The translations under genes and the position numbers were made by a program. 64,000 nucleotides of DNA from Amoebophrya sp. A120 (taxonomy: Eukaryota > Protista > Dinoflagellata). The first letter of the stretch is position 1. Every line of letters starts with the position of its first letter. Positions 26,792-38,168 of the stretch are shown piece by piece. Location: assembly GCA_905178155.1 (NCBI GenBank), contig CAJINV010000001.1:16395166-16459165 (forward strand), read 5' to 3'. The notes below the pieces were generated by a model. The model saw only the letters and a program-made list of their open reading frames with translations. It made no database searches and was not told the DNA's origin.

Positions 26792-28946
26792 ATGTTCTTC
26801 TCGCCCGCTTCCTCCGCTCGCGCCGGGGTTCGGCAGTGGACAGCGTCGCGGCCGGCTGCCCGGAGTTTCCGCAACTTCCAAACCGGAGGAAGTTCATCTT
26901 CCACTGCAAGTGTGATACAGTGTCGTCCCTGTGCAGCGCATCCCGCACGCGTAGATACTGCAACGGGAGATAGAAGAAGCGTTCCATGCTCCGTACCACA
27001 TGCGAAATTTTTCTCTTCCACGAGCACAACTGGACCGGGCGAGCAGAACAAGGGGCGCGGCTCGCTGAGCCTTCCCGAGGATTTCGTCCGCAAGGACTCC
27101 AAGGTGCGAACCCGGGCGCACATCGACCGGAAGGAGTTCATCCGGAAACACAGCAGCCAGCTGGATTCTGAGTATTCGTTTTCCAGCGAACTCGGTGCGG
27201 GAGGCTTTGCGAATGTGTTTCTGGTGACACACAAACTCACCGGCCAACTTCGTGCGGCCAAGCGAATTCACAAGAGCAAACTGAAAGGAAACTGGGAAAT
27301 GCTGGAGAACGAGGTATTCATGAAATAATCTTTGAAACAGTTCCACTGGGTGCCGAAGCTGCAAGCGTAGCCAAATGTTATCCTTTTGTCTCGCCCCCAA
27401 CTCTTGCAGGTAAAAGCGATGCAAGACCTGGATCACCCGCACATTTGCAAACTCTACGAGCATTTCGAGGAGGAGGAGTATGTTTACCTGATTCTCGAGT
27501 ACCTGCAGGGCGTTGACCTCTTCGAGCACATGCTGAACGTTTTCTCCGACGAAACCCACGAGCCCCAGGGCCGCTTCAACGAATACGAGGCCGCGGTGCT
27601 GATGCGGCACATGCTCAAGGCGGTTTTCTGTTGTCACAGTTCGAACATTGTGCACCGTGACATCAAGCCCGAAAATTTCATGTTCGCGAACAAGGTTTTC
27701 TTTTGATTTTTCGCGTGATTTTGCTTCACACACAAGCAATGCATGCGTTCCTCTACCAAGTTTGTATGGCAGACACATGAGAAACAAAAAAAATCGCTGC
27801 AACCAAGGTTGATGCCACTCCAGACCTGCGGATGATCGATTTGGGCTTGTCGAAACGGGACCAGCAAGCTGGCGATGGCAACATCACTGGGGTTGAGGGA
27901 ACCCTGGCCTATATGGCGCCGGAAATGCTGCGCGGAGAGCCGTACAACCGGAAGTGCGATGTGTGGCCGCTGGGTGCGATTTGCTACATCATGCTGTGCG
28001 GGGAGCCGCTGTTTACTTTAACTGACGATAACGCAGCAGTGCAGGAAATTCAGAATGGCAATTTCGTAAAGCGGAAGCTGCAGGAAAAGCGCCGGATTTT
28101 GAGTCCTGACGCCATGTCCTTTCTCAAGGCAACTCTTGCATTCGATCCGTCGAGACGTTTGTCCGCGAAACACGCCCTTTGCCACCCGTTCGTGATGAAA
28201 ACTTACATGGAGGATGGTCTGGTTTCCGAACGCGATCCGGAAAAACTGAAGAAAAGTATTTTGTTAGTTGTCACACCTATTTCCTACTGATTTTTCCATA
28301 GATCTGTCCTCTCGCTCGGCCAAAACACAGTGAAAATTTTCAATTTTTTTTCCCTAACTTCGCCGCAACATGAACGTTTTCTCGGACGAAATAATCAGTT
28401 CTCTCGATGGGCGAGGTGCTGGAGCGCATGCGACGGTTTTCGGAGCTTAGCACGCTGAAGCGGTCGAGTTTGATTGTTCTGGCGCACATGATCGGCACCA
28501 GCGCCGACGAAATGGAGGCCTACCGGCTGACGTTCCGCCAGCTGGACACGGACGGAAGCGGGTCGCTCTCCCTCGAGGAGTTCAAGGAGGGCATCCAGCG
28601 GGAGTCGCTGCGCTTGGACCAGAAGCCGATCGAGTTTCCGGCGAACTTCAACGATGAGATCTGGCCGGCGGTGGACCTCAACGAGAGCGACGATATCAAT
28701 TTTACCGAATTTTTAGCCGCCTGCCTCAGCTCCGACCAGTACAACGAAAGCCACTGGCGGGCGGTCTTCCAGGTGCTGGACGTTAACAAGAACGGGCACT
28801 TGAGCGCGGAAGATTTTCGAGAACTGTTTCACGACAACGAAGAGAAGGAAGTCCTGGACATCTGGCACGAAATTTGCGACAAAGACGATGGCACGCTCTC
28901 CGCCGAGCAGTACATTCATTTTATGCAAAACGAGGTACCGGCGTAA
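26792..28946 (+). CDS. calcium-dependent protein kinase (CDPK) with N-terminal extension
   Basis: LGAGGFANV, AAKRI, HRDIKPEN, DLG, GTLAYMAPE, then EF-hands (DTDGSGSLSLEE, DLNESDDINFTE, DVNKNGHLSAED). Introns near 27314, 27695 and 28256. Confidence 0.92.
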
Positions 28947-30193
28947 CGACATTCGAAGTTCAGTTTTGAAGCGTTCAGCACAGAAACTGTCCTTCCGGAC
29001 TTGTAGCTGAAATAAAAAAGATTAGCAACACAGAGGGAGAGGATGCTCTCAGTGTATCGACCTTTTATTTCACAAATGGTGCGCGGCCAAGTTTATTGGC
29101 GTAAGTACATTTTCTGTCATTTTCCAGCGTTCTTCTTTACGGCACTCCAACAAACAGAATGACTTTTGCAATTATGTCTCCCCGACGAGATTAACACCCA
29201 GAAATCGCAGCAAAAAAACTATTGCGCACTCCCGTAGAACGTTTCGCCACAAAAAGAGAACAGGTACACGTGATCAGCTCAATTTTGAAGCAAAGTACAC
29301 AAGTTAGTTTAGTTTCCGTTTCAGACAAGAATTGAAGAATTTTTTTGGTGACAAGGAAGAAAGCAGTATGGAAAAATGCAGTGAGGCTGAGGAGCCGAAG
29401 TATGTACTGAATGTCTCTTTCCTACTAATTCCGGATGTAGAGTAAAACAACGCACACTGGAAACACATCGATCCGCTGCTGTTGAAGATGTAAGTAGAAC
29501 TACGCACCAAAATAAGTCACCCGGCTGCTGTCGGTCTCGAAAGAAAAAACAGACACACTACTTTTCGGTTTCGTCCCATCAAGTGCGCAGATTCGGACAT
29601 GAACAGAAGCAAGACTCGGTTGTCTTTTTTTCGTACGAAGCAACCAGGTCGGTCGTAGTCGTTCCGCTGTGAAAATTTTTTGCTCATCGTCCTCCGTGCA
29701 AAGAGAAACTGAGTCGTGCGTCACCTGCGTTTGTTATCCACTTGTAGTGCCGCACATACATTGTAGAAAGACCACTGTAGACGATCATCAACAGCCTCGG
29801 AAATACATCTATTCATGGATTCGAGCGAACAAATGAAACAACTTTTTCCCTCTTTCTGCCCCTCAGGTCCCCGCGAAATTGCACTATTGTGCGAGTCTTG
29901 CGGGACGACGCCAAACCTAATTGAGTAGTTGTTTCATCACTAGTAGAAGCGGAACACGCAAGTGTGTGTTTTGGTGCTGAGTACTTGTACAATCATCCAC
30001 GACCCACACGACCGAAACTTTTTACACTAGTATATCACTCATTGTGATTTCTTGTACGATCACCCCCGACATCAACCCTTCGCGAAGTGAAAATTACCGA
30101 CATAAGGACACACCTCCGTGGATTGAGTCGATCTGCATCAAGATTAGGCGGAATTATAAATCGGAGTAGTTCTTACTTTTTTTAATAGAGTCG

Positions 30194-33100
30194 ATGGTGT
30201 TGTCGACGCTGCGCGCGTCGCGGAGTGCCGCGCGCCGCGTGGCGGCGCAGAACGCGCAGCCCAGCAGTTCCGCGTCCTCGAGAGCTCCTTTTCGCTCGCA
30301 AGTCAGATGTTTCTCGGAAAGCAAGGACCACCTCCCGGTGGCCGACCGGCTCGCCTTCTTCGACCGGACGAGAAGTGGGCACTTTATCCCGCTCAAGCCG
30401 GACCCGAACCTGCACGCGGAACTGGAAACCTTCGACCATCCCACGATTCCGAAGAAGAAGTTCGTGAAGGGAATTCGGCCGCCGGCGGGGCTGTACGAGG
30501 CGATGTACGGAGTTCTGAAAGACGAGCTGAAGGCCATGGAGGACATTAGTAAGTACGACCAAGGCATCAGCGAAATGTTGACCGAAACCGAACAGAAGGG
30601 CTACCTCGATTCCCTCCTTGCGAACTTACTTTTCCCAAAAGTCGTCGCACCGCGCGCACAAATGGCCACAAAAAAGACGATGTTGTTCCCCGCTTCCATC
30701 TACTCGCATATGCCAATCGGGATGGGAAACTACTGCATGCAGAAGATGGGCGGAAGTTTTGAGGAGAGTTATCGCTACGTCACCTACTATCGTTCCGGGC
30801 TCATGATGGAAGAGTACTTATTTCGTTTTGCTGAATTTTCACCGTCGAGTCAAATGAAACAAATGGGCAACATAGCTCTGCAACACAAAGAACAAAGCTA
30901 TTTGCACGAGGTGGCGCTTCTGTACTCGTACACGAATTTTTCAATCTTCCATCGTAGATCTGTCACAACATCATAACTGCTTATGCTTACACATCTATCA
31001 AACAGGTTGTACCGCATTGGGTACACGCAGGACGAAGCCATCAAGATGATCTATGGCGTTCTCAAACGTTACATTCTCAACTGTTACATGGATTTGTGAT
31101 GCAAGAATGGCAAAAGTCAAAGGGGTGACCTTGCGCGTCTAGCATGACAAATTTGGCACAGATTCTCAGCCTGTTTGGCTGTTCGAGAATTTGTCATGCG
31201 AAGCAGCTTGATCGTATCAATTCTAATTGTGATTTTGCATGACAAATCATGTAACAGTTGAGAATGTAACGTTTGAGAACGCCATATGATCGCGAAAGAG
31301 CACTTCATGCAGTACTGGTCCGGCGACCCCTTCGGCCCGAAGCGCGACCCGCACATCTATAACCCCTTCAAGCGGACCTTTTACCCGCCGCTGTCGCCGA
31401 TCTCCGAGGGGTCCACGGATCTGGGTCGTGACCACGAGCTGGAGACCGCCCGCCTGTTCGCCGCCGGCTTCGAGGGGATGACACCGCCAGTGACCATTCT
31501 CTCGTCCGGTGACACGGGTATGTTCACCGACGGTGCCCTGAATTCCATCCAGCACCTGGTCGAGGCCTCGGAGCGCGGCTTCAAAATGCCACTGGTGTAC
31601 CAGGTCTGCATGAACAATTCCGCCATCAGTACGCGGTACGACAAGGGCAGGGATTACGGTGTGGATGACTTGGATGTGTGCTTGATGAAATTGGAGAACC
31701 GCTTCGCGCAGTATGAGGGCCTGATCGACCCCGGGTTCGTCTCCCGTGCGGGCGATGTCAAGGACGGCATGGACTGCATGCGGAAAGCAGTCGACCAGGT
31801 ACAAAGGGGTAGATTGTTGCTTGATGTTGCGTCAGTAGACGATACGAAAACTACTAGGCAAATCTTGTTCCGTTCGCAACAACGGAACGCACATGAGAAA
31901 TGAAATTTTTCACCTCACATACGACTTCACCTTGCATACGAAATGACCAGGTGCTGGAAACCGGTCGGCCGACGTACGTGATCAGTTCCTTCCCGTTCCG
32001 TCCGGGTGGCCACGCGGCGGATGCCAACCCGTCCCCCGAGCCGATCATTCTGGATCAGTTCAAGAAGACGCGCGACATCTTCCTGAGCCAGCTGTGCGCC
32101 GCTGCGCCCAAGGGCACCACCGGCCCGCAGCTCGCGAGCATGATGGAGGAATTCCATGACAAGGTCTACGAGGAGGTGGAACTCGCGATTCGCGGCAAGA
32201 ACATCCTGACCCGCGAGCAGGCCCGCGAAATTTCGCAGCCGGGGATCACCACGACCTTGGCCAACGAACCGGGTCAGATCGTAAACATCGACATTGACTA
32301 CATGCTGGCCAAGAACCAAACCGAGTTCGCGGGGATGGGGTCGGATATCTACGGCCGAGCCATCAACAACCAGTTCGACAAGTGCGAAGCCGAAGGCCGG
32401 ACAGTCAGGTATTGTAGTAAAGCGCCAAAGCAATAGCAAACTGCTGGTTTTGTAGCATGAGTGCATGGCTTAGGCAACACTCCACCCTTCGCCCGTGCTA
32501 GAGGTAAGCGGGTCGCTTAGGAAGACAATGTAAAGGTTGTTGCGCGCCGGCAGCATTTGCTTTTCCGGACTCGCATTATAATCTCCTAGTGTTGATATCG
32601 TACAATTATTTCCGCCTTTATTTCAGATACGTCCATCAAGAGAACCACTATGCGGGCGAGCACGATTCTCGCGGTGGCGTCTACGGCGAACTGAACGCTG
32701 TGCAGGGGAAGCACACCAAGAAGTTCGTGTCCATCTTTCCGCAGGAGGCCCAAGTGATGCAGGTCGGTATGGCCATGCGCTCCGTGCTGCCGGATAACAA
32801 TCTGGTTTTCGTCAAGGGACCGCACACCATCTTCAACGAGCATGCCCGGGACATCATGAAGTACGCCGCTTTCCTGGTTTGCGATAGGGGGTTGAAGGGG
32901 AACTGCATTTACTTCTTCGATGGCGGAAGTATTGCAGATAAGGACAACTTCAAGTACAAGGACGCCGAAACTGGGGAGGAGGTATTCTGAAGTGCTTTTT
33001 TTCTCTCTTCGTTTCCACTCTGAAAGTGTCTAGTGTAGTGAAGTTCATCGAACAAAATTGATTTGAAACCACCACAAATCTCATGATCTGATCAGATCCA

Positions 33101-35623
33101 ACGCGACTTGTGGCTCGCGGGCGTCGGTGAGCACCACAACACCCCGGAGTACTCTTCCTACGCGGCCGACGCAAACACGGTGATGGCCGTTCCCTGCGAC
33201 ATGAACGTGTTGTCTGCGTGCATGACCGAGATGGTCCGCCTCTACGACATGGGCCGTTTCATCACTGCGGTTGCGCCCACCAAGGCCTTCCAGGTCCTCC
33301 ACCCCAAATTCGCGTGCTTGCCGGAGGGCCAGGGCTTCACGATTAACGACATCCTGAAGGTCGACTTCAAGGACAAGGGCAAGGTCGCCCCGAAGACCGG
33401 CCGTCCCCTCATCGTGCTGTCTTACGGGCCGGACGCGAAGCTCGTCGCAAAAACCATCGCGGACCACGGCGTATTAATTTTTGCCTTAAGAGCGACTAAT
33501 TCCAATTTCTGTCTTCAAACTTTGTATCATCGATGAACTGCACGCAGATTTTGGTCTCATAATTGTGCTTTCGGGCGAATAATCACAGGTGCAATGCGAA
33601 ATGTTCGTCTTCAACTTCAACCGCGTTCCGAACTCTTTGGTGAGCTACCTGCAATCTCGGTTGAGCGAAGACCTGGATATCCTGCTGGTTGACCAGAATT
33701 GCGACGCGGCCCTCTTTGGTCCCGTCGTCACGGATCTGAAGCAGAAGCTCGGCAACCCGCGCAACTTCTTCTTCGCGGAGTGCACCATCCCGAAAACGTT
33801 TATCCCGTACGGCTTCGGTGAGCCGCTCCTGCAAGACAAGGACATCACTGCCAGCCTCGCGGAAATCGGCGTCATCGACGGTGCTGCCGCGCCGAAGGTA
33901 TGTTTTTGCTTTACTTCTTCTTTTCAGAAACAGTGGCCGCTTCTACGAAAAAGAAAATCTAGAGGCGCAGCTCCCACTTACCCCTTCAAAAAGTTATGTG
34001 TCTGATGTATCTCTGTGTTTCATTCGATTTACAACAGGCATCCGCACCGAAAGCCGCTGCGGCACCCGCAGCCGCCCCTGCTGCCGCACCCGCGGCGAGC
34101 GCCCCGTCCGGCGGTGGTGCCGCTGTCAAGGTCAATGCGCCGATGGACGGAGAGGGCGTGTACCTGACCTTCCACAAGAAGGTGGGCGATTCGGTATCCA
34201 AGGGCGACATCGTCGTCGAAGTTGAGTCCGACAAGGCCACCATCGAGGTCGCTGCCACCACTGACGGTAAAGAAAAGTTAGTTTTTTTCTATCGTCCTCG
34301 ACCTGCTGCGAGGCACATTTCACTTCAATTTTGCCTGCTTGCGCCGAAGAAAATCACGCCATTTTCTTCATCAATACTTCAGGTGTGATCGCGGAGTTCT
34401 TCGCTGAGGAGCAAGAAGAGATGGACGTGGGCCCAGACACTGCGCTCTTTAGCATCGAGCCTGCTGGTGGAGCGGGTGGTGCTGCCCCCGCGGCGGCCCC
34501 GGCCGCACCCGCAGCGGCTGCCCCGGCCAGCGGTGGCGGCGAGGTGGTCAACGTGAACGCACCGATGGATGGCGAAGGTATTTTTTTGATGCTGGCCAGA
34601 ATTGTTTAGCCTGCTTTTGATTGAACAAGACAACAGATCTACATCACCTTGCGGAGTACTAAATTCAGTTATCCCCTGCTCAAACCTTGACACCATTATC
34701 GCAAAACAAACCTCTCTAAAATCGCATCAGGTGTTTACCTGACCTTCCACAAGAAGGTCGGTGATTCCGTTTCCAAGGGCGACATCGTCGTCGAAGTTGA
34801 GTCCGACAAGGCGACGATCGAAGTGGCCGCGCCCGCGGACGGTGTGATCAAGGAATTTTTCGCTGAAGAGCAAGAGGAGATGGACGTGGGTCCCGATACT
34901 AAGCTGTTCTCCATGGAGAAGGGCGGCGGTGGCGGTGCTGCTCCGGCGGCGGCCGCTGCGCCCGCTGCTGCTGCTCCGGCGGCCGCCGCTGCGCCCGCAG
35001 CTGCGGGTGCTGACGGCGTGAAGGAGGTCGCCCTGTCGCGGGTGGAGCAGGCGATGGTGAAGGCTATGACGATCACGCTGGAGGATACCCGCACGTTCAG
35101 TCAGTTCGACTCGCTGGACTTCAACAAGGTCCGGGCCATCGGGAAGGAGGCCGGCGTCACCCCACCGATTGTGATGGTCAAGTACCTGGGCGAAGCCGCC
35201 AAGAAGCACAACCTGAACAAAAAGCTGTCCAAGGACCGAAAGTCCATGCTGTTCCGGGACCAGGTCGACATCGGTATCGCGGTGGATGTCGGCTCCGGGC
35301 TGCGCACGTGCGTGATCCGGGACGTGACCAACAAGACTCTGCAGCAAATCAACGCGGACGTGCAAGGCTTCGTCGCTGCGGGCGGAAAGTTGTCCCCGCA
35401 GGACACCGATTTGACTACAGTTTCCTACACCGTCACCTCCATTGGGAAGAACGCGGCGAAATTTGCAGTTTCCGTTTTGCCGCCCAAGACCGCCGGTATT
35501 CTGTCTATCGGCCGCATGGCGAAAGATGGTGAGGCCTACCTCTCCTTGGCTATGTGCCACGCGACCTTGACCGGAGTTGAGGGTATGACCTTGCTGGGTG
35601 AGGTCAGAGACAGCCTGTCCTAA
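30194..35623 (+). CDS. fused 2-oxoacid (pyruvate/branched-chain-type) dehydrogenase E1alpha-E1beta-2x lipoyl-E2 polyprotein with mitochondrial-type presequence (~1330 aa, 10 exons)
   Basis: TPP motif GDTG...MNN and FRPGGHA (E1alpha); QE...GGVYG...PQEAQ and GEHH (E1beta); two VEVESDKATIEV lipoyl domains; acyltransferase domain with DIGIAVD...CHATLTG. No stop codon between domains after splicing. Confidence 0.88.
31052..31286. mobile_element. young introner-like TIR element in E1alpha exon (TSD TGATC)
   Basis: Perfect 39-bp TIR TATGGCGTTCTCAAACGTTACATTCTCAACTGTTACATG (31052-31090 / 31248-31286). TGATC at 31047-31051 and 31287-31291. Internal GCATGACAAAT motifs. In-frame stop inside. Confidence 0.95.
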
Positions 35624-36968
35624 GCACTTCAGTGGTCGAGTAGTTTTTTGATAGTTCTGTGGTCGAGTGGCAACCTTGTAATTCACTTGCTAGAAAATTT
35701 TCCAGACTTGGTGTCCACGAGTCACAGGCCACGATCTCGCTGTACTCTGTCAGACTACTACTGCGCCATTTCGTGACGTCGTCGCCCTAGTTATTTTCTC
35801 TCACTTTTCTGAGAGGAACGAATTAGGCAAGCGAACACAATTTTTGTTCTCTCTTGCAAAAGAGATGATGAAACTATTGCGCCAGACGTTTCTTCGTGAC
35901 AGAATAGGCAATTTTTACTCGTTTCCGCATCACCTCATCTTTTTTCGGTTTCGCGTTTCTCAGATTCTATGGAAAACAAGCAGACAAGCACTTCTATTTC
36001 ACTTTAGTCTTGGAATATAATCCTTGCAAAATCCTATACACGCATTTGACAGCCATTGGAAACTCAGAAACATTACATCCGTAAGATTCTTGTCGTCGAT
36101 GATATGTTAAACAAAACTATGTGGCGTTGCCTCCGTCCGTCTCCGACTAGTACAGCGGACACGGCTAATGATACGTACCAAATGCAAAATATGTAGCTCC
36201 GTTCAACACCGGTGGTCTTGTACATCTGATGCACAGGACACACTGGGGAAATTAAAAAGTAAACTTTTTAACAACAACGAACTACTGGATCAATAGACGT
36301 AGTCAGGCGCGTATTGTACAAAAAAAATTGTAAATTTTCCACACAGACGAGCAACTACAATCGACATGGCTTACCATTAGCATACTCACCATAAGCGCAT
36401 AGTACTCGCCAGATACATGGGTGCAAGCTAGTCACCACGACATCTGTGATCGCGCTGTTTGAACACATCAACAACACAAAGCAGCAAGGGACAACAACTG
36501 ACCTCCATCAGTTCTAAGCTGCTCTTATGCGTGGCACTTGCTTCGAATAGATAAAAAAAGAAACACGACAAAAACATGAATCCGTCATCGATCTACTTTT
36601 TTTCTGGATTGCTAGGCTGTTTTAGAGTGACAAAAGAGCTCCAATCCGCGCGGCGTGTTCCCCTTGTCGCTTTCACCGAGGTCGAGATCACCCAAAAAAT
36701 TGCGAAAGCTTACCCGGGTGCATAGGCCAAATCAAATATTACCCCTCCTACTATCTTCAGCCACTAGATGGTGACACCAAGGACGTAACAAGAACAACCG
36801 CCAATTGTGATATTATAGAAAAAGACTTCTGGTCTTGTTGGTTAGTGGCTTCGGTTGATTTGTTTCTTGGAAGTCGTTTCACAAAGAGGTTCAGCACCTG
36901 GAAGTCCATGTACTTACAGATCCTAAGTCTGAAATCAGTTTCGCGTTCATTTTGCACTAGTGCAAAGG

Positions 36969-37513
36969 ATGGCAGCTGTGGCTGAAGCGGCACCCTCACC
37001 CGCACCGGACAAGCGCTTCGAGGTGAAGTCATGGAATGCTGTGGCTTTGTGGGCGTGGGACATTCTGGTCGACAACTGTGCAATTTGCCGAAATAACCTG
37101 ATGGAGCCCTCGATTGAGTACCAGGCGAATCCAGCGCTAGCCGGGCCGGACCATGCTGGTCTGCAGATCGCGTTCGGGTGCTGCGGGCACGTTTTTCATT
37201 TGGATTGCATTCAGCGATGGCTCAAGACGCGAAATGTCTATCACATGGGAGATCATCGTGGGCGAAATCAAAATTTTCATGAAATGAACTAGTTCGCACC
37301 AGGTCATGACGTTTTTGCAAAATGAAGAGAGATCGAAGGATCTTTCTTGTTTCTATGCATTATTCAGCACACTGCACCCTCCAACTCTGATTTGGCTCAC
37401 GATTTTCTTCCGATAGTGCCTGTCCGTTGTGCAACCGAGACTGGGAGTTTTCCAAGATAGAGTCGATCGGTCGGGGCAACTTCGACCGCCTGGGTTTCCA
37501 CGCGCAGTCATAA
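36969..37513 (+). CDS. RBX1: RING-box protein 1 (SCF E3 ligase subunit)
   Basis: [28 protein letters not shown]...[21 protein letters not shown]|[11 protein letters not shown]. Confidence 0.95.
37239..37415. mobile_element. introner-like TIR element forming the only RBX1 intron
   Basis: TATC...GATA termini. IR ATCGTGGGCGAAATCA / TGATTTGGCTCACGAT. Flanks ATGTC/GTGCC (3/5). Confidence 0.8.
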
Positions 37514-38168
37514 GCGTTTCATCTCGCGCCCCTTTGCTGCAGAAGTTGAAGAAGAACCTTGTCACCGGCTATTTTTTTTAGCAAGCGGTCCCATTTTTTT
37601 GTTGTAAAAACACTACACACGCCTTCAATTGAGCTGGTTGCGAAGGTGAACTAATTTTACTGGTCTTGTATCAGAGTGGTTGGCGTTTCTCTTTCCTCGT
37701 AGACAAGAAATTGAATTCATTTGAGTGGCGTCCTGTTTCGACGATACGCAAGAACGACAGCTGTGGTACTAAATGATGACGAAATGTATGAAAAACAAGT
37801 TTGTTTTGATTGGACTGGCACTAGTGGTTGTATACAACCCGTGCATACCGCAACGCATGCTCATAGGTGGGAGTCAGTTGAAAAAAAACAAGAGCCGCGT
37901 CGAGCTCTCAGCGACGCAGGGCGGCATACGACTATTTTCGTGTTTTTCATCGTATTTCCCTTTAAAAGCGTATCCACCGTGTACCGGTAAGAGCGTGAGA
38001 GAAAGAAGAGCGACCACCGGGTACTAGGTGCAACATCGGGAGGCGACTTTTTTCCACATCACCCGAAAAGTTTTCGTTCTAGCTGCCTGACGACTCACTG
38101 ACCATGCGTCCAGGAGACCCGGCCATGGACCTCACGTCGCATTGAAACCTCCTCGGCCATCGTCAGCC

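Noticed and set aside
9591-35686. Numerous long minus-strand ORFs (e.g. 9591-10382, 26894-27802, 34727-35686)
   Set aside because: Antisense shadows of GC3-rich plus-strand exons.
37218-37226. TGGCTCAAG inside RBX1
   Set aside because: It encodes the conserved WLK; coincidental.
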